Source: Candidatus Xenobia bacterium | GTDB taxonomy: Bacteria > Vulcanimicrobiota > Xenobia > Xenobiales > QWHO01 | Assembly (NCBI GenBank): GCA_045863235.1 | Contig: BTUM01000005.1 | Span: 129,154-193,153 of the forward strand | Direction: 5' to 3' | Length of the DNA stretch: 64,000 bases | Shown here: positions 1-6,907 of the stretch, in pieces | Layout: each line of letters opens with the position of its first letter | How positions within the stretch are numbered: the first letter of the stretch is position 1 | The notes under the pieces: model-generated | Told to the model about the DNA's origin: nothing | What the model saw: the letters and a program-made list of their open reading frames with translations, nothing else | Database searches by the model: none | Translations under genes and position numbers: made by a program

Positions 1-2
1 CC

Positions 3-1385
3 GCCACGTTCGGGCAGGGGCTCTTTCTGGTGGGAGGTTCGGGGGGTGTGATCCTGACCTCGCCCGACGGCGTCACCTGGACCCAGGCCGTGAGCGGTAC
101 GGGCAACATCCTCTGGGGAGCCACCTTCGCGCGTGGTCTGTTTGTGGTCAGCGGTCAGTTTGGGACCCTGTTGACCAGTCCGGACGGTCGGGCCTGGACC
201 GCTCGGCCCTCGGGGGTGAACAGCTTCCTGTGGCAGGTGATCGAAGGGCCGCCAGGGTTCGTGGCCGTGGGCGATCAGGGGGCCATCACCTTCTCACCGG
301 ATGGGATCAACTGGACGGCTCAGGCCTCACCAACGGGCGAGGTGCTGCGAGGCGTGACCTTCGGCCGGGGGGGATTCGTGGCCGCCGGCAGCCAGGGGAC
401 CTTGCTCGGGTCCGATGACGGTCGAGCCTTTCGCCTGCTGGACTCCCCGGTGGCCGACGTCCTCCGGGGCGTGACCTTTGCCGATGGCACCACCTATGTA
501 GCCGTCGGAGACGAGGGTACCATCTTGCTGTCTTATGATGGCCGGGACTTCTTCATCGACCAGACGGCCGACCCCGAGGAACTCTGGGCCACCACCTTCG
601 CCAACGGCATCTTCCTGGCCGGCGGGGGAGAGGGGAGGCTGCTCGTCTCGAGCGACGGCCAGAGCTGGCGCCGGATCGAGTCGGGCACGGCCGAGAACCT
701 CTATGCGGCTGCCTTCGGAAACGGGCGTTTCGTAATGGTCGGCTCGCGGGGAGCCATTCTGACCTCGACCGATGCCCTCACCTGGACGGCCGTGCCCTCT
801 CCGACGGACCAGAATCTCTACGGCCTGGCCTTTCTGAACGGCCTGTTCCTGGCCGGCGGCCTGGAAGGTACCCTTCTGACCAGCCCCGATGGCCTGACCT
901 GGACTTCGGTGGCGGTTCCCTCGGTCCACGCCCTGCACGGCTTTGCCTTCGGGAACGGGGTATTCGTGGAGGGCGGAGCGGGCAGCCTGTTGACCTCGCC
1001 CGATGCGGTGACCTGGACCGTCAATGCCGTGGGGATCGGGCACTTTCAGACCGCGGCCGCCTTCGGCAACGGGGTCTTCGCGGTGCCGGGCCACGTGGGC
1101 CGGGTGCTGGTCAGCGCCGATGGAGTCAACTGGAGCCTGGTGCTGGCCCCCACCCAGGCCAACCTGAACGCGGCCCTCTTTGCCGGGGGCCAGTTCCTTT
1201 TGGGCGCCCAGGGCGCGGTGCTGACCTCGAGCGATGCCAGTAGCTGGGCTCTCCACGCTGTGCCGACCGACCAGAACGTGCGCGGGCTGGCTTTCGGCAA
1301 CGGTCGTTACGTGGCCGTGGGGGGAGGGGAGGCTCTGCTCTTCTCGGTGGACGGGGTCCGCTGGGAGGCCGGGATCATCGAGTGA
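3..1385 (+). CDS. Beta-propeller repeat protein (Asp-box/BNR-like SxDGxxW repeats), 5' end outside the window
   Basis: About 11 repeats of roughly 40 aa (FGNGxFVAVGxxGxILTSxDGxTW); frame open to the left edge. Confidence 0.85.
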   Translation, partial: ATFGQGLFLVGGSGGVILTSPDGVTWTQAVSGTGNILWGATFARGLFVVSGQFGTLLTSPDGRAWTARPSGVNSFLWQVIEGPPGFVAVGDQGAITFSPDGINWTAQASPTGEVLRGVTFGRGGFVAAGSQGTLLGSDDGRAFRLLDSPVADVLRGVTFADGTTYVAVGDEGTILLSYDGRDFFIDQTADPEELWATTFANGIFLAGGGEGRLLVSSDGQSWRRIESGTAENLYAAAFGNGRFVMVGSRGAILTSTDALTWTAVPSPTDQNLYGLAFLNGLFLAGGLEGTLLTSPDGLTWTSVAVPSVHALHGFAFGNGVFVEGGAGSLLTSPDAVTWTVNAVGIGHFQTAAAFGNGVFAVPGHVGRVLVSADGVNWSLVLAPTQANLNAALFAGGQFLLGAQGAVLTSSDASSWALHAVPTDQNVRGLAFGNGRYVAVGGGEALLFSVDGVRWEAGIIE

Positions 1386-1386
1386 C

Positions 1387-1418
1387 CGGGCGAGAGGGCC
1401 CTTCGGCCCTCTCGCCCG
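1387..1418. terminator. GC-rich hairpin between the convergent propeller gene and the tRNA array
   Basis: Perfect 14-bp stem CGGGCGAGAGGGCC / GGCCCTCTCGCCCG with CTTC loop; no clear U tract. Confidence 0.6.
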
Positions 1419-1424
1419 TGGAAG

Positions 1425-1509
1425 TGGTATCCGGAGCCGGACTTGAACCGGCACGCCGCGAGGGCGCCAGCTTCTCGAGCTGACGTGTCTTCCATTCCAC
1501 CATCCGGAC
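1425..1509 (-). tRNA. tRNA-Leu(GAG), atypical anticodon loop (C33, A37)
   Basis: 85 nt; acceptor GTCCGGA/TCCGGAT, A73, encoded CCA; anticodon stem TCAGC/GCTGG, loop TCGAGAA; long variable arm; T loop TTCAAGT. Confidence 0.88.
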
Positions 1510-1526
1510 AAGAGCGGTCGACAGAT

Positions 1527-1603
1527 TGGCGACCCTGGCGAGACTTGAACTCGCTACCCCCGGCTTCGTAGACCGGTGCTCTGATCCATTGAGCTACAGG
1601 GTC
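1527..1603 (-). tRNA. tRNA-Arg(ACG)
   Basis: 77 nt; acceptor GACCCTG/CAGGGTC, G73, CCA; anticodon arm CCGGT-CTACGAA-GCCGG. Confidence 0.95.
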
Positions 1604-1609
1604 ATTGAC

Positions 1610-1685
1610 TGGCAGACGCGGATGGCCTCGAACCACCGACCTTTGCGTTCAGAGCGCAACGTTCTTCCTGCTGAACTACGCGTCT
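1610..1685 (-). tRNA. tRNA-Gln(CUG), atypical A1-U72 pair
   Basis: 76 nt; acceptor AGACGCG/CGCGTCT, G73, CCA; anticodon arm TTGCG-CTCTGAA-CGCAA. Confidence 0.9.
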
Positions 1686-1720
1686 ATATATTCCTATTTA
1701 TTGTTGAATAGGAATAAAAA

Positions 1721-1797
1721 TGGTAGGCTCGGAGAGATTCGAACTCTCAAGCACCTGCTTCTGAAACAGGTCTGTCTTCCAATTGCAGCACGAGCCC
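1721..1797 (-). tRNA. tRNA-Leu(CAG) with short variable loop and A37
   Basis: 77 nt; acceptor GGGCTCG/CGAGCCT, A73, CCA; anticodon arm CCTGT-TTCAGAA-GCAGG; 5-nt variable loop TGCTT; Leu-type D arm with A15:U48. Confidence 0.88.
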
Positions 1798-1843
1798 GGG
1801 TGGAGTTCCTGGCTGACTCTCTAAGGAACGCGATTCAGGGCTG

Positions 1844-1877
1844 AAAAGTAGAAACCACCGGAGTGAGCTCGCGGTGG
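1844..1877 (-). terminator. Intrinsic terminator (attenuator) between the leader peptide and the tRNA array
   Basis: Minus strand CCACCG-C-GAG-CTCA-CTC-CGGTGG followed by TTTCTACTTTT. Confidence 0.8.
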
Positions 1878-1907
1878 GTGGGGGAGAGGCCGGTCCTGGA
1901 AGCTGGA

Positions 1908-1979
1908 CTAGGCGCTCGTGCCACCCCCGCGGCGGCGAAGCAGAAGGCCCTGGCGTTGACGAAGCTGCGGTCGTAGCAT
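1908..1979 (-). CDS. Putative attenuator leader peptide MLRPQLRQRQGLLLRRRGGGTSA (23 aa)
   Basis: AGGAGG at 1993-1988, 8 nt before ATG; codons ATG CTA CGA CCG CAG CTT CGT CAA CGC CAG GGC CTT CTG CTT CGC CGC CGC GGG GGT GGC ACG AGC GCC TAG; too short for the ORF track. Confidence 0.8.
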   Translation of the reverse strand: MLRPQLRQRQGLLLRRRGGGTSA

Positions 1980-2030
1980 GATGATGGCCTCCTGTCTTTG
2001 TGTGGTCGCTCGGTTGGAGCTGACCCGGTC

Positions 2031-2060
2031 ATTATAGGCGAGTCAGGGCGGTGGCGTCAA
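2031..2060 (-). promoter_or_regulatory. Sigma70-type promoter of the leader/tRNA operon
   Basis: TTGACG (2060-2055), 18 nt, TATAAT (2036-2031); AT-rich UP-like tract at about 2064-2090. Confidence 0.85.
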
Positions 2061-2135
2061 CCCTTAAATAGGAAAAATTAGAAATTTTGACAGCAAGCTA
2101 TGGTAGATTTCCGAAGAATCTGTCTTCCAGTATTG

Positions 2136-2456
2136 TCAGTTCCAACGGGTGGCAGCCGCCCAGAAGCCGACGATCAGGAAAGCTTCGGCCATACCGGCCA
2201 CCAGATTGAGCAGCAGGGCCACGACGGCGGTCGGCCTGGATGATTCGCGAATGAGAGCAAGGATGGCCAGCACCATGCCCGCCAGGTGCACCACCGGCCC
2301 GGCCAGGAAGGCCAGCAGCAGTCCGGCGCCCATGGGGTCGCCAAGGGCCCTGGTCGGACTCGGCAGCTCGACCACCAGCATCGTCCACAGGGCCAGCAGG
2401 GCTGGATATCCCAGGCCCAGCAAGAGGGCCATACGGCCGAGCTTTGGCGCTTTCAT
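2136..2456 (-). CDS. Small membrane protein (about 3 TM helices)
   Basis: Hydrophobic ORF; ATG at 2456 chosen, TTG at 2501 possible. Confidence 0.65.
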   Translation of the reverse strand: MKAPKLGRMALLLGLGYPALLALWTMLVVELPSPTRALGDPMGAGLLLAFLAGPVVHLAGMVLAILALIRESSRPTAVVALLLNLVAGMAEAFLIVGFWAAATRWN

Positions 2457-2705
2457 GGAGGTGGTTTTCAGAGCTGGAGGGCTTTCCCCTTTCTTGCTCA
2501 ATGAATTTTATTCAATGTCACGACGGGCGCTCAGAACCATTGCGACGGTTTGGTTGAGGGTACCGTCTGCTCAGGGCGGTCAGCCCGGAAAGGTCCACCG
2601 TTCTGCAGGGCGTTACCGTTCCCACCGGGGGGGGGCAGGCTTTTTGTGTTGGCGATCCGGGCTTGTGCTGAAGGGCCCCGAGGGTTGGGCCTTGAAGGCC
2701 GAACG

Positions 2706-4043
2706 GTGACCCTCGCCTCTCCACCGCTGGCTGGTTTCCATGTGATGACCAAGCCAACCGGGCCCATCTGCAACCTCGACTGCAAGTACTGCTTCTATCT
2801 CGAGAAAGAGCGCCTCTACCCGCCCGGGACCGACTGGCGCATGGCCCCCGAGACGCTCGAGTCCTTCATCAAGCAGCACATCGAGGCCCATTCCGTGCCC
2901 GAGGTGATCTTCGCCTGGCAGGGCGGCGAGCCCACGCTACTGGGCGTGGACTACTTTCGCCTGGCGGTCGAGTTGCAGAAGAAATACGCCGGGGGCAAGC
3001 GCATCCAGAACGCGTTTCAGACCAACGGGGTGCTGCTCGACGACGAGTGGTGCGGCTTTTTCAAAGAGAACGGCTTCCTGGTGGGCATCTCGATCGACGG
3101 GCCGGAGGCTCTGCACGACCACTATCGGGTGGATCGGGGCGGCAAACCCAGCTTCAAGCGTGTCATGCGCGGGCTGGAGGCCCTCACGCGCAACCAGGTC
3201 GACTTCAACACCCTGACCGTGGTCAACCGGGCCAACCAGGACCATCCGCTCGAGGTTTATCGCTTCCTCAAAGAGATAGGCAGCCTGGTGATGCAGTTCA
3301 TCCCCCTGGTCGAGCGGCTGACCGATCAGCCCGACCCGCTGGTCATGGTTTCCCCCGAGCACAAGGGGGAGGCCCACGTGGCCGACTGGTCGGTCCAGGC
3401 CGAGCCCTACGGGCGTTTTCTGTGCGCCATCTTCGATGAATGGGTGCGTCAGGACGTGGGCAAGCACTTCGTGCAGCTGTTTGACATCACGCTCGAGTCG
3501 TTCATGGGCATGCCCCAGAGCCTGTGCTGGTTCCGGGAGACCTGCGGGGCGGCCCTGGCCCTGGAGCATAACGGCGATCTTTACTCCTGCGACCATTTCG
3601 TCTATCCCGAGAACCGGTTGGGAAACATCATGCAAGAGCCGCTGGTGGCCCTGATCCACTCGGCCCAACAACACAAGTTCGGCCAGGACAAGAAGGACAC
3701 TCTGCCCCGCTACTGCCGCGAGTGTGACGTACGCTTCGCCTGCAACGGCGAGTGCCCCAAGCACCGCTTTCATCGCACTCCGGACGGCGAGGAGGGCCTC
3801 AACTACCTGTGTGCCGGCTACATGCGCTTCTTTCGGCATGTCGAGCCCTACATGCGCTTTATGGCCGCAATGCTGAAACGACGCCAGCCTCCGGCCCACG
3901 TGATGCGCTTTGCTCCCGAGCTGGAGGCGGCCTTTGCCCGGACCGGGCCGGACCAGCCCTGCCCCTGCCGCGCCGGGCGGCCCTATGAGCTTTGTTGCGG
4001 GAGAACCCGCCTTGAGAACATGAAAGGGAGAAAGGACAGATAA
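2706..4043 (+). CDS. Anaerobic sulfatase maturase (radical SAM/SPASM) with C-terminal SEC-C motif
   Basis: CNLDCKYC, WQGGEP, YSCDHFV, CRECDVRFACNGECPK, CPCRAGRPYELCCG; adjacent to a sulfatase. Confidence 0.95.
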   Translation: MTLASPPLAGFHVMTKPTGPICNLDCKYCFYLEKERLYPPGTDWRMAPETLESFIKQHIEAHSVPEVIFAWQGGEPTLLGVDYFRLAVELQKKYAGGKRIQNAFQTNGVLLDDEWCGFFKENGFLVGISIDGPEALHDHYRVDRGGKPSFKRVMRGLEALTRNQVDFNTLTVVNRANQDHPLEVYRFLKEIGSLVMQFIPLVERLTDQPDPLVMVSPEHKGEAHVADWSVQAEPYGRFLCAIFDEWVRQDVGKHFVQLFDITLESFMGMPQSLCWFRETCGAALALEHNGDLYSCDHFVYPENRLGNIMQEPLVALIHSAQQHKFGQDKKDTLPRYCRECDVRFACNGECPKHRFHRTPDGEEGLNYLCAGYMRFFRHVEPYMRFMAAMLKRRQPPAHVMRFAPELEAAFARTGPDQPCPCRAGRPYELCCGRTRLENMKGRKDR

Positions 4044-4045
4044 CC

Positions 4046-6043
4046 ATGGACGGCAACATCACCAGGCGCGACCTTCTGGGTGCGGGACTCGCGACTCTGG
4101 CCGGAGCGGCTCTGGGCCCGGCCATCCTGACGGCGGGCTGCACGACCGGAGCCGGCGACCCCGGGCCTGCCACCGGCGGCGTTCCCGAAGAGGCCACCCG
4201 GCGACGACCCAATATCCTGCTGGTATTGTGCGACGAGTTCCGATTTCCGGGTCAGTATCCGGCGGGCACGGGCGAGGCTCCGGGCCTGCGAGAGATCTTC
4301 GGCTTCGCGCCCACGCTCTCGCCTGACAATCCCTTCACCGCCCTCTTTCCTGGTATGACCAGGCTGCGCCAGAACGCTGTCGTGCTGCGAACTCACTACA
4401 TCGCTTCGGCAGCCTGCGTGCCCAGTCGGGCCACCATGCTGACCGGACAGTACCCCACCGTGCACGGAGTCACCAGCACCACCGGCTTTTTCAAGAGCGG
4501 CGACGACCCGGGCTTCGTGTTCCTGGACCCGGACGGCATCCCTACCGCCGGGGACTGGTTTCAGGCGGCCGGCTACGAGACGTACTACTTCGGCAAGTGG
4601 CACGTTTCCGAGACCTGCGACGACCTGGGTCCATGGGGCTTCCCCTTCGCTGCCTGGGATGGCCCTGAGCCGCACGGCTCGGATCCGGCCAACCTGGGAG
4701 TCTATCGCGATCCGGAGTTTGCCAGCAACACCATCAGCTTCCTTAACTCCAAGGCCGGGCAGCAGCCTGGAGAGGCGCCCTGGTTCGCGGTGACCTCCTA
4801 TCTCGCGCCTCACGACGTCTCGGGTTGGCCGCTGCAGTGGTTCCTCCCCGGGGACGTCGGGGTCCAGCCCTTCCCCGGTCCGCTCGTGATCCCGCCCATA
4901 CCTGGGGCGGGGGCCATCAGCAATGCCGCCACCTCGACCAGCCAGAACAGCGATTGTCCACCGCCCATCTCGGGCCCGGTCCCTCTCAACCCGGGTGGCT
5001 ACCCGCCCGGTGCCTTCACGACGCCGCCCACCTTTGCCGAGGACCTGAGCACCAAGCCCCAGTGCCAGCTCGACATGTCCTTCAAGATCGGGCTCTGTCA
5101 GAAGTCCATCCTGCCGGCTCCGCTGCGGCCCCTGGCCCCAAATCCGTTCCAGCTGCAGGGAGCCGACTACCAGGCCTGGGCCACGGCCTACGGCGAGTGG
5201 TGGTACTACCTTCACTACCTCTTCGACACCCAGCTCACGCGGGTGCTTCAGACCCTGGATGCGACCGGGCTGCGCGAGAACACCATCGTCATCTTCACCT
5301 GCGACCACGGCGATTACGCCGGGGCCCACGGCGGTCAGGTCCAGAAGTGGCACTCGGCCTATGAGGAGGCCACTCACGTGCCGATGGTGGTGTCTTCTCC
5401 GCTGATCAACCCCACCGATACGATCCGCGAGTTCACCATGCCCACCAGCCACATCGACCTGTTGCCCACCCTATTGGGGCTGGCCGGCTTCAATCAGGCC
5501 CAGCAGTCCGAGCTGAAGGGGCGCATCACCGGCCAGGGCGTCGTGCCCGACCTGGTGGGCACGGACCTGAGCGGCTACCTGGCCGAGCCTGGCACCACCA
5601 CGCCCATTCCCGGGCACGATGGGAATCCGCGGCCCGGAGTTTTGTTCATCACCGAGGACGAGATCAGCCAGATGACCTCGATCGACCCCAACAACTCTGG
5701 CTTCCCGGCCTTCGAGACTTTCCTCCGGCTGGTCGAGGAGGCCCGCCTCGGGCCGGCTCCCCAGCTCGCCCCCGGGCCGATCCGTCAGCCCAATCTGGTG
5801 CGCACCCTGACCGATGGGGTGTGGAAATACTCGCGCTACTACGATCCCAACGGGGTGGAAGCGGACCAGCACGAGTTTTACAATCTGGCCTCCGACCCCA
5901 TCGAGGCGGTTAACCTGGTCGACTTCCGCACCAACCAGATCCGTCCGGGGGTGGCCGTGCCGGGCTTGACACAGGCAGAGCTGACCGCCCGGCTCAACTT
6001 GATGGTGCAGCAGTTGGCCCAGCAAGAGGCGTTGTTACTCTAA
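4046..6043 (+). CDS. Cys-type sulfatase, Tat-exported lipoprotein
   Basis: TRRDLL Tat motif, lipobox TAGC, CVPSRATMLTG signature, GKWH, DHG. Confidence 0.92.
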   Translation: MDGNITRRDLLGAGLATLAGAALGPAILTAGCTTGAGDPGPATGGVPEEATRRRPNILLVLCDEFRFPGQYPAGTGEAPGLREIFGFAPTLSPDNPFTALFPGMTRLRQNAVVLRTHYIASAACVPSRATMLTGQYPTVHGVTSTTGFFKSGDDPGFVFLDPDGIPTAGDWFQAAGYETYYFGKWHVSETCDDLGPWGFPFAAWDGPEPHGSDPANLGVYRDPEFASNTISFLNSKAGQQPGEAPWFAVTSYLAPHDVSGWPLQWFLPGDVGVQPFPGPLVIPPIPGAGAISNAATSTSQNSDCPPPISGPVPLNPGGYPPGAFTTPPTFAEDLSTKPQCQLDMSFKIGLCQKSILPAPLRPLAPNPFQLQGADYQAWATAYGEWWYYLHYLFDTQLTRVLQTLDATGLRENTIVIFTCDHGDYAGAHGGQVQKWHSAYEEATHVPMVVSSPLINPTDTIREFTMPTSHIDLLPTLLGLAGFNQAQQSELKGRITGQGVVPDLVGTDLSGYLAEPGTTTPIPGHDGNPRPGVLFITEDEISQMTSIDPNNSGFPAFETFLRLVEEARLGPAPQLAPGPIRQPNLVRTLTDGVWKYSRYYDPNGVEADQHEFYNLASDPIEAVNLVDFRTNQIRPGVAVPGLTQAELTARLNLMVQQLAQQEALLL

Positions 6044-6109
6044 GATTCATCGCCCTGACCGGTTGGGCCAAGAGCGCGCGCCCTGCACTGTGCAGGGCGC
6101 GCAGCCGTT

Positions 6110-6823
6110 TCAGGGGGCCTCGAAGCAGATCTCGTCCCAGCCCGGGGGCATGGAAGCGCCATCCAGTCGGGCCCCCCCGAGCAACGCATCGGCCAGGTTG
6201 GCCCCGATCAGGTCGGCGCCCTCCAGGTTGGCCCCCCGCAGGTTGGCGCCGCGCAGGTTGGCGCTGCGCAGGTCTGAACGCGAGAAGTCGGCTCGTGACA
6301 GCTGCGACCAGCTGAGATCGACGTCTTTGAGGCTGGCCTGCACGAAGACGGCCTCGGTGGCCACCGCTCGCAAGAGCGAGGCTCCCGTCAGGTTGGCATC
6401 GGTCAGGTCCGCGAGGTCGAGCAACCCGTTGACCCAGGCGCACTTGGACAGGTCGGCGCCGGTCAGGTTGGAGGCCCGCATGTTGGTCCAGATCATGCGG
6501 GCTTCGTGCAGCCTGGCTCCCGGGAGGTCACAGCGGCTCAGGTTGGCATCCTCCAGGTTGGCCTCCTCGAGATCGGCCCCCGAGAGGTCGGTGTTGGGAA
6601 TGATGGCCCCGTAGAGATTGGCCTGAGCCAGAAAGGCGCCCTTGAGCACAGGGAGGGGCTCGCCCAGCATCTTGATCAACCCGTTGAGCTGGGGGCCGAA
6701 GCCGGCCTGGAGCAGGGAGACGACTCCCGGTGCGTCCCAGTTCAGGCCCTGGGGAAAGAGGTGAGCGAAGCGGCGAGCGAGCAGCGGATCGAGCAGCTCG
6801 AAGGTCACGGAAGTCAGCAGCAT
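6110..6823 (-). CDS. Pentapeptide repeat protein
   Basis: Many A(D/N)LxG pentapeptides. Confidence 0.9.
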   Translation of the reverse strand: MLLTSVTFELLDPLLARRFAHLFPQGLNWDAPGVVSLLQAGFGPQLNGLIKMLGEPLPVLKGAFLAQANLYGAIIPNTDLSGADLEEANLEDANLSRCDLPGARLHEARMIWTNMRASNLTGADLSKCAWVNGLLDLADLTDANLTGASLLRAVATEAVFVQASLKDVDLSWSQLSRADFSRSDLRSANLRGANLRGANLEGADLIGANLADALLGGARLDGASMPPGWDEICFEAP

Positions 6824-6907
6824 GCTGGGCGGTTCCCGCCGGTTGGAAGAGGTCCTGCCGGGAGGTCGGGCGAACCCTGGCCTCCCCGGGGGAGATTGGT
6901 GGATCGC

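Noticed and set aside
1425..1509. Reading this tRNA as Ser(CGA) from CT-CGA-GA
   Set aside because: The 5-bp stem TCAGC/GCTGG centres GAG in the loop; A73 and the D arm are Leu-type.
1387..1800. tRNA cluster as a prophage or island attachment site
   Set aside because: No integrase and no duplicated tRNA 3' end seen in the window.
1905..1935. T-box riboswitch (GGGTGGCACG resembles GGGTGGNACC)
   Set aside because: The bulge consensus is broken, no recognisable stem I lies between the promoter and the motif, and the motif is about 45 nt from the terminator instead of overlapping it.
1835..2032. 65-aa ORF in the ORF track as the leader
   Set aside because: Its ATG overlaps the -10 box and has no RBS; the AGGAGG points to the 23-codon ORF in another frame.
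2560..2650. c-di-GMP or other riboswitch upstream of the sulfatase maturase
   Set aside because: A GAAA loop and a U-rich tract are present but the conserved aptamer elements could not be matched.
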